Positions 33,789 through 43,583 of a stretch of DNA of 64,000 bases are shown piece after piece. Position 1 is the first letter of the stretch. Every line of letters begins with the position of its first letter. The stretch is taken from contig CAVYTA010000008.1 of NCBI GenBank assembly GCA_963771355.1, forward strand, positions 75,700 through 139,699, given 5' to 3'. Origin of the DNA: an uncultured Candidatus Rokubacteria bacterium. Its GTDB lineage: Bacteria; Methylomirabilota; Methylomirabilia; Rokubacteriales; CSP1-6. Both the position numbers and the translations under genes were made by a program. Below the pieces are notes generated by a model. It was not told the DNA's origin and made no database searches. It was given only the letters and a program-made list of their open reading frames with translations.

Positions 33789-34555
33789 TGCCGCTGTTCG
33801 GCGCGCTCGAGCTCGACCGGGCCGCTCCGCGCCTGGCCACCTTGCGCGACCTCGACACCGAGCCGTGGACCCTGCCCCAGGCGGAGATCCTCCAGCTGGC
33901 GTTCGAGGTGCCGCGCGCCACGCAGGCGTTGCTGCCGCGCGCCATGCACCCCGCCATCCCCCCCTACGTGACCCTTCACGTGACGCGCTACCCGGAGAGC
34001 CCGGCGGGCCCGTTCGCGCTGGCCACCCTCCGCCTGATGGCGCGGGCGGGCGCGCATCCGCGCGGCTTCTTCCTCGGCGCGGTGGCGAGCACGCCCGAGG
34101 CGGCCGCCGCGCTCCGCGAGCGCTGGGGCCTTCCCGCCGCCGCGGGCACGGTGACGCTGCGGCGCCGGCACGACCGCGTGATGGCGTCCGTCACCCGCGA
34201 CGGCGCGCCCATTCTCGAGTGCGCGCTGGTGGATCCTCAGCCCATCTCGGGCGGCGACGTGCAGTACATCCACTCGGTGACCCTGGCGCAAGTCCCGCTC
34301 GACGGCACCACCGCCCCGTGGCTGGTGCAGGTGGACCCGCGCTACACCTTCCACAAGGCGGAGCGGGGCCGGCCCGAGGTGAGCCGGCTGGACGCGGAGG
34401 CCTGGAACGCGGCCGCGGTGCGGCTGCTCAATCCCATCGCGGCCACCGTCTGCACCGTCGATACCGATCTGCCCCGCATCCGCTTCGTCATGGACCCGGA
34501 GGTGCCGGCCTGGAAGGGCACGCGGAAGATCCGCGACTCGCGGGAGGCCCTGTGA
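33788..34555 (+). CDS. hypothetical protein (possibly acetoacetate-decarboxylase-like fold), 255 aa
   Basis: ATG overlaps the LLM stop (TGATG). Clean coding character and no recognisable catalytic motifs. Family assignment is a guess. Confidence 0.45.
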   Translation: MPLFGALELDRAAPRLATLRDLDTEPWTLPQAEILQLAFEVPRATQALLPRAMHPAIPPYVTLHVTRYPESPAGPFALATLRLMARAGAHPRGFFLGAVASTPEAAAALRERWGLPAAAGTVTLRRRHDRVMASVTRDGAPILECALVDPQPISGGDVQYIHSVTLAQVPLDGTTAPWLVQVDPRYTFHKAERGRPEVSRLDAEAWNAAAVRLLNPIAATVCTVDTDLPRIRFVMDPEVPAWKGTRKIRDSREAL

Positions 34556-35436
34556 GCGGGGGTGGCATCGGGGTCGTGCGCGCCCATCTCGCCAAGATTC
34601 CCCCGGCGAACACCGTGGCGGAGCGGCGGGCGCAGTACGACCGGGCCGAACGGGTCTTTCCCTTGCCGACCGATGTCAGCGTCAAGCCGGTGCACGTGCC
34701 GGCCATCCCCGCGGAGTGGATCGAGCCGTCGGCCGCGCGCGAGGGCGCCTTCGTGCTCTATCTCCACGGCGGCGGCTACGTGATCGGCTCGCCGAGGTCG
34801 CACCGTCACCTGGCCGCCTCCATCGCGGTGGCCGCGCGCGCCTCCGTGCTGCTCCCCGACTACCGGCTCGCGCCCGAGCACCCGTTCCCGGCCGCGCTCG
34901 AGGACGCGGTGGCGGCGTATCGCTGGCTGCTCGATCGCGGCACCGCCCCGCGCCGCATCGTCATCGCGGGCGACTCCGCGGGAGGCGGCCTCACCGTGGC
35001 CACGCTCGTCGCGCTGCGCGAGCGCGGGGTGCCGCTGCCCGCCGCCGGCGTCTGCATCTCGCCGTGGGTGGACCTCACCGGGAGCGGGGCCTCCTATGCC
35101 ACCAAGGCCGCCTCCGATCCCATCGTGACCCGCGACGGCGTGATGGAGATGGCGCGCGCGTACCTGGGCGCCACCGACGCCCGGACCCCGCTGGCCTCCC
35201 CGCTCTTCGCCGACCTCACCGGGCTCCCGCCGCTCTTCATACAGGTTGGCACCGAGGAAGTCTTGCTGGACGACGCGATGGAGCTGGCCGAGCGCGCCAA
35301 GGCGGCAGGGGTGGAGGCCACGCTGGAGCTGTGGCCGGAGATGGTCCACGTCTGGCAGTGGTTCTTCCCCATGCTCGACGAAGGCCGCACCGCCATCGAC
35401 GGCATCGGCGCCTTCGTGCAGGCGAAGACGGCGTGA
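34552..35436 (+). CDS. alpha/beta-hydrolase fold-3 esterase/lipase (HGGG ... GDSAGG)
   Basis: Oxyanion-hole motif LHGGGY and nucleophile elbow GDSAGG. GTG start overlaps the upstream stop. Confidence 0.75.
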   Translation: MSGGGIGVVRAHLAKIPPANTVAERRAQYDRAERVFPLPTDVSVKPVHVPAIPAEWIEPSAAREGAFVLYLHGGGYVIGSPRSHRHLAASIAVAARASVLLPDYRLAPEHPFPAALEDAVAAYRWLLDRGTAPRRIVIAGDSAGGGLTVATLVALRERGVPLPAAGVCISPWVDLTGSGASYATKAASDPIVTRDGVMEMARAYLGATDARTPLASPLFADLTGLPPLFIQVGTEEVLLDDAMELAERAKAAGVEATLELWPEMVHVWQWFFPMLDEGRTAIDGIGAFVQAKTA

Positions 35437-35446
35437 GGGCGACCCC

Positions 35447-36445
35447 ATGACGACCGCCACCCGGAGCGCGCTCCACACCCCGATCTGCGATCTCCTCGGC
35501 ATCCGCTACCCGATCTGCCAGGCGGGCATGGGCTATGTGGCGCGTTCCGCGCTGGCCGCCGCCGTCTCCGAGGCGGGCGGGCTCGGCGTCATCGCCGCCG
35601 CCAACCTGACCCCACGCGAGCTGAGGGAGGAGATCCGGAAGGTCCGCGACCACACCGATCGGCCGTTCGGCGTGGACATCCTCTTTGCGAGCGTGCGCGT
35701 GTCGGGGAGCGAGGCGGACCAGTTCACCGACACGGTGCGCGCCTGGGCCGACGTGACGCTCGAGCTCCAGGTGCCGGTGCTGGTGGCCGGGCTCGGCAAT
35801 CCGGGGCCGGTGACCGCGGCGGCCCATCGCCAGGGCATGAAGGTGATGGCCCTCTGCGGCAACGTGAAGCAGGCGCTCGATCACGCCGCCAACGGCGTGG
35901 ACGTGGTGATCGCCCAGGGCCACGAGGCCGGCGGCCACACCGGCCGCATCGCCGGCATGGTGCTCATCCCCGCGGTGGTGGACGCGGTGGCACCGCGCCT
36001 GGTGATGGCGGCGGGCGGCATGGCCGACGGTCGCGGCATCGTGGCCGCGCTGGCGCTGGGGGCCCAGGGCGTGTGGATGGGCACGCGCTTCATCGCCACG
36101 CCCGAGGCGTACTGCCACGACAACTACAAGCAGCGCGTGGTGGAGCTCGAGGAGGACGGCACCGTGGTGACGCGCGCGGCCAGCGGCAAGCCGTGCCGCC
36201 TCATCCGCAACGCCTTCACGCGCGAGTGGGAAAAGCGCGAGGCGGAGATCCAGCCCTTCCCCATCCAGGGCGCGCGGGTGGGACGCGAGGCCGGCATCCG
36301 CGCGCGCGAGCAGGGGGATATCGAGAATGGCAATGCCCCGTGCGGCCAGTCGGCGGCGTTGATCCGCGGGATCGTCCCCGCCGGCGAGGTGGTGCGCCGC
36401 CTCGTGGCGGAGGCCGAGGACGTGCTCGCGCGGCTCGCCCGTTGA
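35447..36445 (+). CDS. nitronate monooxygenase (2-nitropropane dioxygenase, NMO) family FMN enzyme
   Basis: LLGIRYPICQAGMGYVA...GLGVIAA... NMO TIM-barrel motifs. ATG at 35447. Confidence 0.8.
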   Translation: MTTATRSALHTPICDLLGIRYPICQAGMGYVARSALAAAVSEAGGLGVIAAANLTPRELREEIRKVRDHTDRPFGVDILFASVRVSGSEADQFTDTVRAWADVTLELQVPVLVAGLGNPGPVTAAAHRQGMKVMALCGNVKQALDHAANGVDVVIAQGHEAGGHTGRIAGMVLIPAVVDAVAPRLVMAAGGMADGRGIVAALALGAQGVWMGTRFIATPEAYCHDNYKQRVVELEEDGTVVTRAASGKPCRLIRNAFTREWEKREAEIQPFPIQGARVGREAGIRAREQGDIENGNAPCGQSAALIRGIVPAGEVVRRLVAEAEDVLARLAR

Positions 36446-36459
36446 GGCGCGAGACCTTC

Positions 36460-37638
36460 ATGGTCTCGATCCGCCTCATCGCGCTGGTGGCGAGCTTCGC
36501 CGTCCTGCTGGCGGGGGCCCGCCCCGCGCCCGCCCAGCAGACGCTGCGCGTCGGGGCCTCGCTCTCCCTCACCGGCACCTACGCCAAGCCCGGCCTCTAC
36601 AGCCGCGAGGGCTATGCGCTCTGCCAGAAGCACCTCAACGAGGGGGCGGGGGTGCTGGGGCGGCCCATCGAGTTCGTGATCTACGACGACCGGTCCGATC
36701 CGCAGACCGGCGTACGCCTCTACGAGAAGCTCATCACCGAGGACCGCGTGGAGGCCGTGCTGGGGCCTTACTCCTCCGCCATCACCGAGGCCGTCGCCAA
36801 TGTCGCCGAGAAGTACAAGAAGCTCCTGCTCGCGCCGCTGGGCTCCGCCGGCAGCATCTGGGAGAAGGGCCGGCGCTACGTGATCATGATGGTGTCACCG
36901 GCGGAGTCGTACATGGAGGGGCTGCTCGACCTCGCCGCGAAGAACGGGCTCAAGACGGTCGCCTTCATCTACGAGGACACGCTCTTTCCCAAGACCTCGG
37001 TGCGGGGGGCGATGGCGAGCGCCCGCAAGCGCGGGCTCGAGGTCGTGTTCCTGGAGGCCTATCCCAAGGCGCAGACCGACTTCGCCGCGCTCCTCACCAA
37101 GATCAGGGCCGTCCGCCCCGACGTGCTCGCCGCCGCCACCTACTTCGACGACGTGGTGGCCATCACCCGCCAGATGAAGGATCTGGACGTCAACGTGAAG
37201 ATGTTCGGCACCACCGTGGGCGGCGATCTGCCGGAGTTCTACAAGGCGCTGGGCCGCACCGGCGAGTACGTCTACGGCGCGTCCCAGTGGGAGCCGAGCC
37301 TCACGTATCCCGGCGCCCATGAGTTCGCCGCCACCTACGAGGCGGAGTTCAGCCGGCCCCCGTCCTATCACGCGGCCGCCGCCTATGCCGCCTGCTTGCT
37401 GCTGGCCGAGGCCATCAACCGCACCGGCAGCCTCGATCCCGAGCGCCTGCGCGACTACCTCTTCAAGCTCCGGACCACCACTGTCTTCGGCGGCTTCGAC
37501 GTGGACGAGCGCGGCTATCAGGTCGGCCATCGCATGGTGACCATCCAGTGGCAGGAGGGCCGTCAGGTGGTGGTATGGCCGGAGGACGTCGCCACCGGCA
37601 GGATTCGCTTCCCCACCCCTCCCTGGAGCCAGCGATGA
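36460..37638 (+). CDS. ABC transporter substrate-binding protein, LivK/type-I periplasmic binding fold, with no cognate permease or ATPase genes nearby
   Basis: Signal peptide MVSIRLIALVASFAVLLAGARPAPAQQ, then LRVGASLSLTGTYA... typical of Leu/Ile/Val-binding family proteins. Confidence 0.75.
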   Translation: MVSIRLIALVASFAVLLAGARPAPAQQTLRVGASLSLTGTYAKPGLYSREGYALCQKHLNEGAGVLGRPIEFVIYDDRSDPQTGVRLYEKLITEDRVEAVLGPYSSAITEAVANVAEKYKKLLLAPLGSAGSIWEKGRRYVIMMVSPAESYMEGLLDLAAKNGLKTVAFIYEDTLFPKTSVRGAMASARKRGLEVVFLEAYPKAQTDFAALLTKIRAVRPDVLAAATYFDDVVAITRQMKDLDVNVKMFGTTVGGDLPEFYKALGRTGEYVYGASQWEPSLTYPGAHEFAATYEAEFSRPPSYHAAAAYAACLLLAEAINRTGSLDPERLRDYLFKLRTTTVFGGFDVDERGYQVGHRMVTIQWQEGRQVVVWPEDVATGRIRFPTPPWSQR

Positions 37639-39674
37639 TCCAGACCATCCGTACCGCCTGCGCCCACGATTGCCCCGACCAGTGCTCGCTCATCGCCACC
37701 GTCGAGGACGGGCGCCTGCTGAAGCTCCAGGGGGACCCCGATCATCCGATGACGGCCGGCTTCGCCTGCGCCAAGGTGAACCGCGAGCACGAGAGCGTGC
37801 ATTCCCCGGAGCGCGTGCTCACGCCGCTGCGCCGCACGGGGCGGAAGGGCGAGGGCCACTTCGCGCCGGTGACGTGGGAGGAGGCGCTGGCGGAGATCGT
37901 CGAGCGGTGGACGCGCATCGCGGCGGAAGACGGCCCGCTGGGGCTGCTCGGCTATGCCTATAGCGCGCACCAGGGCCAGCTCAACCGCGGGCTCCTGCTG
38001 GGGCTCTTCCACGCGCTCGGGAGCACGCGGCTCATCGCGGGCACCGTGTGCGACTCCTGCGCCGAGGCGGGCTGGGACGCCGCGGTCGGGAGCATCGGCG
38101 GCAGCGATCCCGAGAGCGTGGTGGAGTCGGACCTGATCGTCTCCTGGGGCGCGGACCTGCTCACCACCAATCTCCACCTCTGGCCCCTGGTGGAGCAGGC
38201 GCGTGCCAGGGGCGCGAAGCTCGTCGTCATCGAGCCGCGGCGCAGCGCCACCGCCGCGCGGGCCGACTGGCACCTGCGCGTCAACGTGGGCTCGGACGCC
38301 GCGCTCGCGCTGGGCGTGATGCACGTGCTCGCGCGCGAGGGCCTCTGCGACCGCGACTACCTCGCGCGCGAGACGCTGGGCTTCGAGCGGCTGGAGCGCG
38401 ACGTGCTGCCGCGCTTCACCCCCGCGCGCGTGGCCGAGATCACCGGCGTCTCCGTGGCGGACCTCGAGCGCCTGGCGCGGATGTACGGCGGCGCGCGGGC
38501 GCCCTTCATCCGGCTGGGCGAGGGGATGTCGCGCACGCTGCAGGGCGGCCAGGCCATCCGCGCGGTGGCGCTCTTGCCCGGCGTGGTGGGCGCCTATGCC
38601 AAGCGCGGCGGCGGCGCCCTCCTCATGACGGCGACGGGGTTCGGCGTCGACTCGAGCGCCCTCCGCAAGCCCTCCGGTCCCGCGGCCACGCGCACCGTGA
38701 ACCACTCGCGGCTCGGCGAGGCGCTGCTCACGTTCAAGGACCCGCCCATCCGCGCGCTCTTCGTGGCCGCCAACAATCCCGCGGTGACCTGTCCCGACTC
38801 GGCGGCGGTGCGGCGGGGGCTCGCCCGCGAGGACCTCTTCACCGTGGTCCACGACCCCTTCCTCTCGGACACCGCGCGCTACGCCGATCTGGTGCTGCCC
38901 GCGGCGACCCACTACGAGAGCGAGGACGTCGTGCGCGCCTACGGGACCTACTACCTGCAGTTCGTCGCGCAGGTCGTGCCGCCGCAGGGGGAGGCCTGGT
39001 CGAATTGGCGGCTGGCCCAGGAGCTGGCGCGGCGCCTCGGCGTGAAGGACCCGGTCTTTTCCATGGACACGGACGGGCTCATCCGCGCCCTGTTCCGCAA
39101 TGCCAGGGGGCCGGCGGCCACCCTGGATCCGGCGGCCGTGCGCACGGCGGGGCCCATCCGCGTGACCGATCCGATCGCGGTGGGAGCCGGGCGTCCCTTC
39201 GGCACGCCGTCGGGGAAGCTCGAGTTCTACTCGGAGACGCTCGCCGCCCAGGGGCTGCCCGCCTTGCCGGACTGGCAGCCCGATCCCGACGCGGCCGAGC
39301 GAGGCCGGCGCTGGCCGCTGCGGCTCCTCACCGCGCCCGGGTATTTTCAGGCGCACACGGCCTACGCGGGCGTGGCCTCGCTGCGGAAGAAGGCGGGCCC
39401 GCCCGAGTGCGTGCTCCATCCCGACGACGCGGCGGCGCGGGGCCTCCACGCGGGCCAGCCGGTGGAGCTCTACAATGACCGCGGCGCGGTGACCCTCGTG
39501 CTGCGGGTGAGCGACGAGACCTCGCCCGGCGTGGCCTTCGTGCCCGGCCAGCGGCCGGTGGGCGAGGCCCTGGCCGGCACGATCAATATGCTGTGCTCCA
39601 CGGAGTACAGCGACATGGGCGACGGCGCGACCTACCAGAGCACGCGGCTCGAGGCACGCGCCCCGCGGGCCTGA
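37635..39674 (+). CDS. molybdopterin-dependent oxidoreductase (MopB superfamily, BisC/FdhA-like) with N-terminal 4Fe-4S Cys motif
   Basis: CAHDCPDQCS Fe-S motif near the N-terminus, molybdopterin-binding and C-terminal MopB-CT-like regions. ATG overlaps the upstream stop (ATGA). Confidence 0.75.
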   Translation: MIQTIRTACAHDCPDQCSLIATVEDGRLLKLQGDPDHPMTAGFACAKVNREHESVHSPERVLTPLRRTGRKGEGHFAPVTWEEALAEIVERWTRIAAEDGPLGLLGYAYSAHQGQLNRGLLLGLFHALGSTRLIAGTVCDSCAEAGWDAAVGSIGGSDPESVVESDLIVSWGADLLTTNLHLWPLVEQARARGAKLVVIEPRRSATAARADWHLRVNVGSDAALALGVMHVLAREGLCDRDYLARETLGFERLERDVLPRFTPARVAEITGVSVADLERLARMYGGARAPFIRLGEGMSRTLQGGQAIRAVALLPGVVGAYAKRGGGALLMTATGFGVDSSALRKPSGPAATRTVNHSRLGEALLTFKDPPIRALFVAANNPAVTCPDSAAVRRGLAREDLFTVVHDPFLSDTARYADLVLPAATHYESEDVVRAYGTYYLQFVAQVVPPQGEAWSNWRLAQELARRLGVKDPVFSMDTDGLIRALFRNARGPAATLDPAAVRTAGPIRVTDPIAVGAGRPFGTPSGKLEFYSETLAAQGLPALPDWQPDPDAAERGRRWPLRLLTAPGYFQAHTAYAGVASLRKKAGPPECVLHPDDAAARGLHAGQPVELYNDRGAVTLVLRVSDETSPGVAFVPGQRPVGEALAGTINMLCSTEYSDMGDGATYQSTRLEARAPRA

Positions 39675-39699
39675 CCGCCTGGCCTGAGCGTCCCGCCGC

Positions 39700-40494
39700 T
39701 CAGCGCCCCTTGAAGACGGGGCGGCGCTTCTCCGAGAAGGCCTTCACGCCTTCCTGGTAGTCCTCGCTGTTGAAGCAGTCGGCGATGAGCTTGTCCAGCA
39801 GCGCCAGATCGCGCTCGCCCGACGGCCGCAGGAGCTGCTCCACCGTGGTCTTGGCCGAGTGGATGGTGAGCGGCGCGTTGCGGGAGATCCGGAGGGCGTA
39901 GTCGCGGGTGAAGGTCTCCAGCTCCGCCTTGGGCACCACCTGGTTCACGAGGCCCATGCGCAGCGCGTCCTGGGCGCTGAAGTCGGTGCGCGCGGTGAAG
40001 AAGAGCTCCTTGGTGTAGGCGGGCCCGATCAGCTTCATCAGCTTGTCCATGCCGTGATAGTGATAGCCGAGCCCCAGCCGCGCGGCGGGAATCCCGAAGC
40101 GGGCGTCGTCGGCGGCGAGGCGCAGGTCACAGTTGAGCGCCATGCCGACGCCGCCGCCCACGCAGACGCCGTGGATCATGGCCAGCAGCGGCTTCGCCAG
40201 CGTGGCGAGCGCCGCCGCCCCGCGCGCGGAGATCTTCCGGTACTCCGCCTCGTCCGCCATGTTGCGCCGCCGGTCCTTGAACTGGGAGATGTCCGCGCCG
40301 GACACGAAGGCAGCCTCCCCCGCGCCCCGCAAGATGACCACGCGGATGCCGTCGTCGCCCGCCAGGTCCTCCACGTAGCCGGGCATGAGCTGCCACATCT
40401 CCTGGTTCACGGCGTTTCGCTTCTCGGGCTGGTTGAAGATGATCCAGCCGATGGGCCCGTCCTTCTCCAGCAGCAGCGGCGCGGTCGCGCTCAT
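39700..40494 (-). CDS. enoyl-CoA hydratase/isomerase (crotonase) family protein
   Basis: ATG at 40494. Crotonase fold motifs (VVILRGAGEAAFVSGADI...GGGVGMALNCDLRLA). Confidence 0.8.
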   Translation of the reverse strand: MSATAPLLLEKDGPIGWIIFNQPEKRNAVNQEMWQLMPGYVEDLAGDDGIRVVILRGAGEAAFVSGADISQFKDRRRNMADEAEYRKISARGAAALATLAKPLLAMIHGVCVGGGVGMALNCDLRLAADDARFGIPAARLGLGYHYHGMDKLMKLIGPAYTKELFFTARTDFSAQDALRMGLVNQVVPKAELETFTRDYALRISRNAPLTIHSAKTTVEQLLRPSGERDLALLDKLIADCFNSEDYQEGVKAFSEKRRPVFKGR

Positions 40495-40606
40495 GGGGGC
40501 GTCCTCCTGCGGAGAGCATCGCACACTTTGACTTGGCGGGAGGCGGCGCGTAGCATCGGCGCAACCGGGTCGGTCGTGCCGTGTTGGTGACCGCGGGGGA
40601 GGGGTC

Positions 40607-41890
40607 ATGGCCTTCGACTACAAGCAGTACTTCGGTGACATCGTGGTGGCGCAGAACCTCGTCACCCGGCCGGAGGAGCGCACCTGGCGGCTGGCCGCGC
40701 CCCCGCCCGATGCCGAGCATCACGACATCGTGCTCTATCTGGGCTGCAATGTCCTCCGCACCTCCCACATGATCAAGACCGTCACCGCCATCTTCGACCG
40801 GCTGGGGCTGGACTATGTCGCGGTGGGCGGGCCGACCTACTGCTGCGGCATCGTGCATCACCAGAACGGCGACACCGCCGCCTCCACCGGGATGAACCGG
40901 CGCACGAAGGAGCTCTTCGAGCGCTACACGCCGCGCGAGGTCGTGATGTGGTGCCCGTCCTGCATCTACTTCTACGACGAGGTGCAGAAGCTCGACCTTC
41001 CATTTCCCACGCGGCATACGGCGGAGTTCCTCGCCGATCGGCTGGGCGAGCTCCCCCTCTCACCGGTGGCGGCGCGCCGGGTAGCGCTGCACGGCCACGG
41101 CGTCGGCGAGGCACGCCGGCGCGAGGGCGAGGCCGGCCGCCGGCTGCTGGCCGCGGTGCCGGGCCTCACCGTGGTGAGCCTCGAGCCCGACGAGCGCTTC
41201 GGCCGGAGCTGCAACCCCGCGCTCATGCAGAACCTCGGCCCCGAGGGCTGGCGCGCCCTGGCCCTGGGCGAGCTCGACCGCGCCCTCGCCGCGGGGGCGG
41301 ACACCTTCGCCGGCATGTATCACGGCTGCCAGCGTCAGCTCTGCGCCTTCGAGGCCGAGCGCCCCATCACCATCGAGCATTACCTGACGACGTTCGCGCG
41401 GGCCCTCGGCATCGAGTTCGAGGACACCTTCAAGAAGTACCGCCTCTGGGCCGACCCCGACCGCATCTTCGAGGACTCCACGCCCTGCCAGCAGGGGAAT
41501 GGCGTGGACCCCGCCCGCGCGCGCGACCTCATCGCGCGGACCTTCGTGCCCATCGGCGCGGTGGCGCCCGGCCCGGCCGCGGGGACCTGGGCGCAGGTCA
41601 GTCGGGTACTGGCACGCCCGACGCGCCTGCTTGGTAGCTGTGGAGGCGGCGTGCGCGCGGGGCGGGGGGCGTGTGACATCCTCGCATTACAACATATGGC
41701 CCCGATGCTGAGAACCGTCGGGCTCATCATGTCATTCACATTCGGCCTTCTCGCGGCGCGTTCGCGGAGAAGCGCAGCCGCGGGCGAAGGTCTCTCGGAT
41801 AGGGTTTCTCGCGACTTGCCGACGCCCCACGATGAGGCATTGCGGCAAGGCCTCCACGAGGTCAACTACGTGGAGGGCCGGAACATCTAG
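40607..41890 (+). CDS. CCG-domain (cysteine-rich) Fe-S oxidoreductase, HdrB/GlcF-like; the 3' ~250 nt appear to derive from a decayed binding-protein gene (in-frame fusion, native stop lost)
   Basis: CCG-domain cysteines (LGCN, PTYCCG, CPSC; second copy around GCQRQLC). After about residue 330 the sequence becomes low-complexity and then matches the N-terminal motif of PF04392-type binding proteins (EALRQGLHEVNYVEGRNI). Confidence 0.55.
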   Translation: MAFDYKQYFGDIVVAQNLVTRPEERTWRLAAPPPDAEHHDIVLYLGCNVLRTSHMIKTVTAIFDRLGLDYVAVGGPTYCCGIVHHQNGDTAASTGMNRRTKELFERYTPREVVMWCPSCIYFYDEVQKLDLPFPTRHTAEFLADRLGELPLSPVAARRVALHGHGVGEARRREGEAGRRLLAAVPGLTVVSLEPDERFGRSCNPALMQNLGPEGWRALALGELDRALAAGADTFAGMYHGCQRQLCAFEAERPITIEHYLTTFARALGIEFEDTFKKYRLWADPDRIFEDSTPCQQGNGVDPARARDLIARTFVPIGAVAPGPAAGTWAQVSRVLARPTRLLGSCGGGVRAGRGACDILALQHMAPMLRTVGLIMSFTFGLLAARSRRSAAAGEGLSDRVSRDLPTPHDEALRQGLHEVNYVEGRNI

Positions 41891-42720
41891 ATAGAGCGTC
41901 GATATTCGGAGGGTAAGCCCGAGCGGCTCCCCGACTTCGCCGACCGAGCGGTTGGCCTCAAGGTTGACGTCATCGTGGTCGACGCCTGCGGCGCATCGCT
42001 CAATGCCGCCAGTCAAGCTATCAGCGCGATCCCCATCGTCGTCGCTGCGTGTAAGATGACCTCGTTGCGGCGGGGCTTATCTCCAGCCTCGCCGACCGGG
42101 AGGTAACATCACCGGGCTGTCAGAGCTCACTCCGGAGCTCGGGGCCAAACGTCTGAGTTGCTGAAAGAGGCCGTCCCAGGATGAAACGCGTGGCCGTTCT
42201 ATGGAATACGACCTATTCGGAGCGGCTCAGTGCGCAACTTCCGCTTCTGGTCATCCGATTGGGTAGCGATGCGAGGCGGCAGTCCCAGGCGTTGGGCATC
42301 GACGCTGCAATCGGTAGAGATCCGTGGTCCCGACGATTTCGATACCGCGTTCTCAGCCATGACCAAAGAGCGAGCGGACGCGATGATTGCATTCTCGGAG
42401 CCCCATCGATCGTCCTTCATCGGAAAACGCATCGCGGATCTCGCGGCGAAGATCCGCCGGCCGGCAATGTATGCATCCCGAGAGGTGGCGGAGGCGGGAG
42501 GACTGATGTTCTACGGGCCGAGCAACGCTGACATGTTCCGGCGGGCCGGTGTTTATGTAGGCAAGATCTTGAAAGGGGCCAAGCCCGCAGATCTCCCCGA
42601 TGGAGCAACCCACGAAGTTCGAGCTGGTGATCAACCTCAAGGCCGCGAAGGCGCTCGGCACTCGCGATCCCGCAGTCGATCCTTCGCCGAGCGGACGAGG
42701 TGATCCGAGTGAAGGAGATG
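41695..42720 (+). pseudogene. degenerate ABC transporter substrate-binding protein of the PF04392 ('ABC transporter substrate binding protein') family; in-frame stops and at least 3 frameshifts
   Basis: Three-frame reading recovers ...GLHEVNYVEGRNI*IERRYSEGKPERLPDFADRAVGLKVDVIVV...IPIVVAA..., ...LQSVEIRGPDDFDTAFSAMTKERADAMIAFSEP...RIADLAAKIRRPAMYASREVAEAGGLMFYGPSNADMFRRAGVYVGKILKGAKPADLP..., then EQPTKFELVINLKAAKALG. These are canonical motifs of this family. Confidence 0.6.
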
Positions 42721-42727
42721 TGTCGCG

Positions 42728-43567
42728 GTGTGGCTGGCGGGCGTCCTGCTTCTCGGCGCGACGGCGCCGGTACTGGCCGAGACGGTTCTGGAGAAGATCC
42801 GACGGACCGGGGTCCTCACCGCGGGGACGCGCGGCATCTCCATCTCTTTCGCATCCATCAACGAGAAGAACGAGTGGATCGGCTTCGCCATCGATCTCCT
42901 GGAAGCCATCCGGGCCCGCCTGGAGAAGAAGCTCGGCAAGCCCATCAAGCTCGAAAAGAGAGAGGTCACCGCGGAAACTCGCATCGGAGCCTCGTGGTCA
43001 AGGGGACCATCGACGTCGAGTGCGGGGTCCACCACCTACACTCGGAGCCGGGACGCGGCGGTGGACTTCTCCATCATCTTCTTCTTCACTGGTAATCAGC
43101 TCCTGGTGAAGAAGGGGAGCGGGATCAAGGGCCTGGCGGACGTGGCCGGCCGGCGGGTCGGGGTCGCCCGCGAAACGACCGGCGCACGAGCCCTCCGTGT
43201 TTCCCAGCCCAAGGCCAACGAGGTGACCTTCCCGGACCATCCGGCTGGCTTCCTGGCCCTCGAGCAGGGGAGGATCGCCGCCTATGCCGCCGACGGCATC
43301 CTGCTGGCCGGCTTCGCCGCGAAGGCCAGGAACCCCAAGGATTACGAAGTGGTGGGGGACTTCTTCTCGAAGGATCCCTACGCCTGCATGGTCCCGGAGA
43401 ACGACTCCAAGTGGCGCGACTTCGTGAACCATACCTTCATGGAGCTTATTGACAATGGAAAGTACTTCGAGCTCTACGACAAGTGGTTCGGGAAGCGGGC
43501 CGTGTTCCCCTATCCGATGTCGGATCAGGTTCGCAATTACATGATCATGCAGTCCATGCCGGAGTGA
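42728..43567 (+). CDS. polar amino-acid ABC transporter substrate-binding protein (PBPb/SBP_bac_3), copy 1; carries a compensating -1/+1 indel pair that garbles about 12 residues
   Basis: SBP_bac_3 sequence throughout, except TAETRIGASWSRGPSTSSAGSTTYT. The alternative frame there gives the expected LVVKGTIDVECG. Indels at about 42990 (CC homopolymer) and 43024-43027 (GGGG). Confidence 0.65.
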   Translation: MWLAGVLLLGATAPVLAETVLEKIRRTGVLTAGTRGISISFASINEKNEWIGFAIDLLEAIRARLEKKLGKPIKLEKREVTAETRIGASWSRGPSTSSAGSTTYTRSRDAAVDFSIIFFFTGNQLLVKKGSGIKGLADVAGRRVGVARETTGARALRVSQPKANEVTFPDHPAGFLALEQGRIAAYAADGILLAGFAAKARNPKDYEVVGDFFSKDPYACMVPENDSKWRDFVNHTFMELIDNGKYFELYDKWFGKRAVFPYPMSDQVRNYMIMQSMPE

Positions 43568-43583
43568 CCGTGGAGGGCGTCCG

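Noticed and set aside
32618-34555. 645-aa ORF spanning the LLM oxidoreductase region and the hypothetical gene.
   Set aside because: Its first ~390 codons are an out-of-frame overlap of the LLM gene with junk composition. Only the part from ATG 33788 has coding character.
37635-39674. Considered whether the MopB-family molybdoenzyme is a second selenoprotein, since formate-dehydrogenase-like enzymes often carry Sec.
   Set aside because: The ORF is continuous with no in-frame TGA. The N-terminal Fe-S motif uses Cys.
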